NCBI GenBank assembly: GCA_045634345.1
Contig: JAZRAB010000097.1
Location: 1 to 36,911 of the forward strand
Length of the DNA stretch: 36,911 nucleotides
Direction of reading: 5' to 3'
Source of the DNA: Candidatus Flemingiibacterium sp.
GTDB lineage: Bacteria > Bacillota > Clostridia > Oscillospirales > CAG-272
Position numbers and translations under genes: made by a program. A model generated the notes under the pieces. It saw only the letters and a program-made list of their open reading frames with translations, did no database searches and was not told where the DNA came from. Numbering within the stretch: the stretch's first letter is position 1; every line of letters begins with the position of its first letter. This document shows positions 36,532-36,911 of this stretch, piece by piece.

Positions 36532-36747
36532 TCATTGTTCTTGAGCAGTCCTCGCTTTTATTGCGTGGACACGTTTGACAACCTCCTCTTCGGTTAGTTC
36601 AGAAGGATAAATAATTTCAAGAAGCAGATCACACATCAAGAGCAGATCAAGGTCAATATTACCTTTGGGTTTGCGGAGTTCTCTTTCAATGCAGTCTCCT
36701 ATCAGTAGTGCTAAAAGTGTGCAAAAACTATCTTTGTCTGATTTCAT
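36532..36747 (-). CDS. Small hypothetical protein (71 aa)
   Basis: GGGAGT RBS before MKSDKDSF and a hairpin right after the stop. No family recognised. Confidence 0.5.
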   Translation of the reverse strand: MKSDKDSFCTLLALLIGDCIERELRKPKGNIDLDLLLMCDLLLEIIYPSELTEEEVVKRVHAIKARTAQEQ

Positions 36748-36911
36748 GTTATTACTCCCTATGATATGTAAATTGATGGTTTTGATTATGCCTATATATG
36801 TAAATGTCAAAAACTGTAGTTATTGTTGCAGGCAAACGATAACATTTACACTTTATTAACAATGCTCTTGGTCATAGTGTCAAACACCATGGCTTCTTTA
36901 TTTTCCATTCA

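Overview
Chromosomal window from a low-to-moderate GC Firmicute, most likely Clostridia (sigmaA-type promoters, SLH protein, class B sortase, SpoVB-like flippase, dapL). It runs from a truncated tRNA-Ser through housekeeping and accessory genes: trxA, a Crp/Fnr regulator, a MATE pump, an FAD/Rieske oxidoreductase, a GNAT-like protein and a type I pullulanase. A plus-strand cell-surface operon (about 9.7-19.9 kb) follows, then a convergent wzm/wzt pair, gdhA, a SpoVB-like flippase, dapL, a six-gene minus-strand envelope operon (MBOAT, AlgJ-like, VanX-like, RCC1, transglutaminase-like, lipoprotein), and tRNA-Leu plus tRNA-fMet. The standout is a 43-aa ORF at 9729-9860 that the ORF track misses. 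It has a lasso/RRE-type leader, and its C-terminal QLPFLPGV is repeated exactly, with different codons, at the C-terminus of the adjacent secreted SLH protein, which also carries an internal variant. Next come an HprK-like kinase, a PqqD/RRE protein and an S24/S26 peptidase, fused head-to-tail to capsule-type regulators, a sortase with its substrate, an LCP ligase and a CapD-like enzyme. No lasso cyclase or radical SAM gene is present in the window. This looks like an uncharacterised RiPP-like peptide-tag system coupled to surface glycan display. The function is inferred, not demonstrated.
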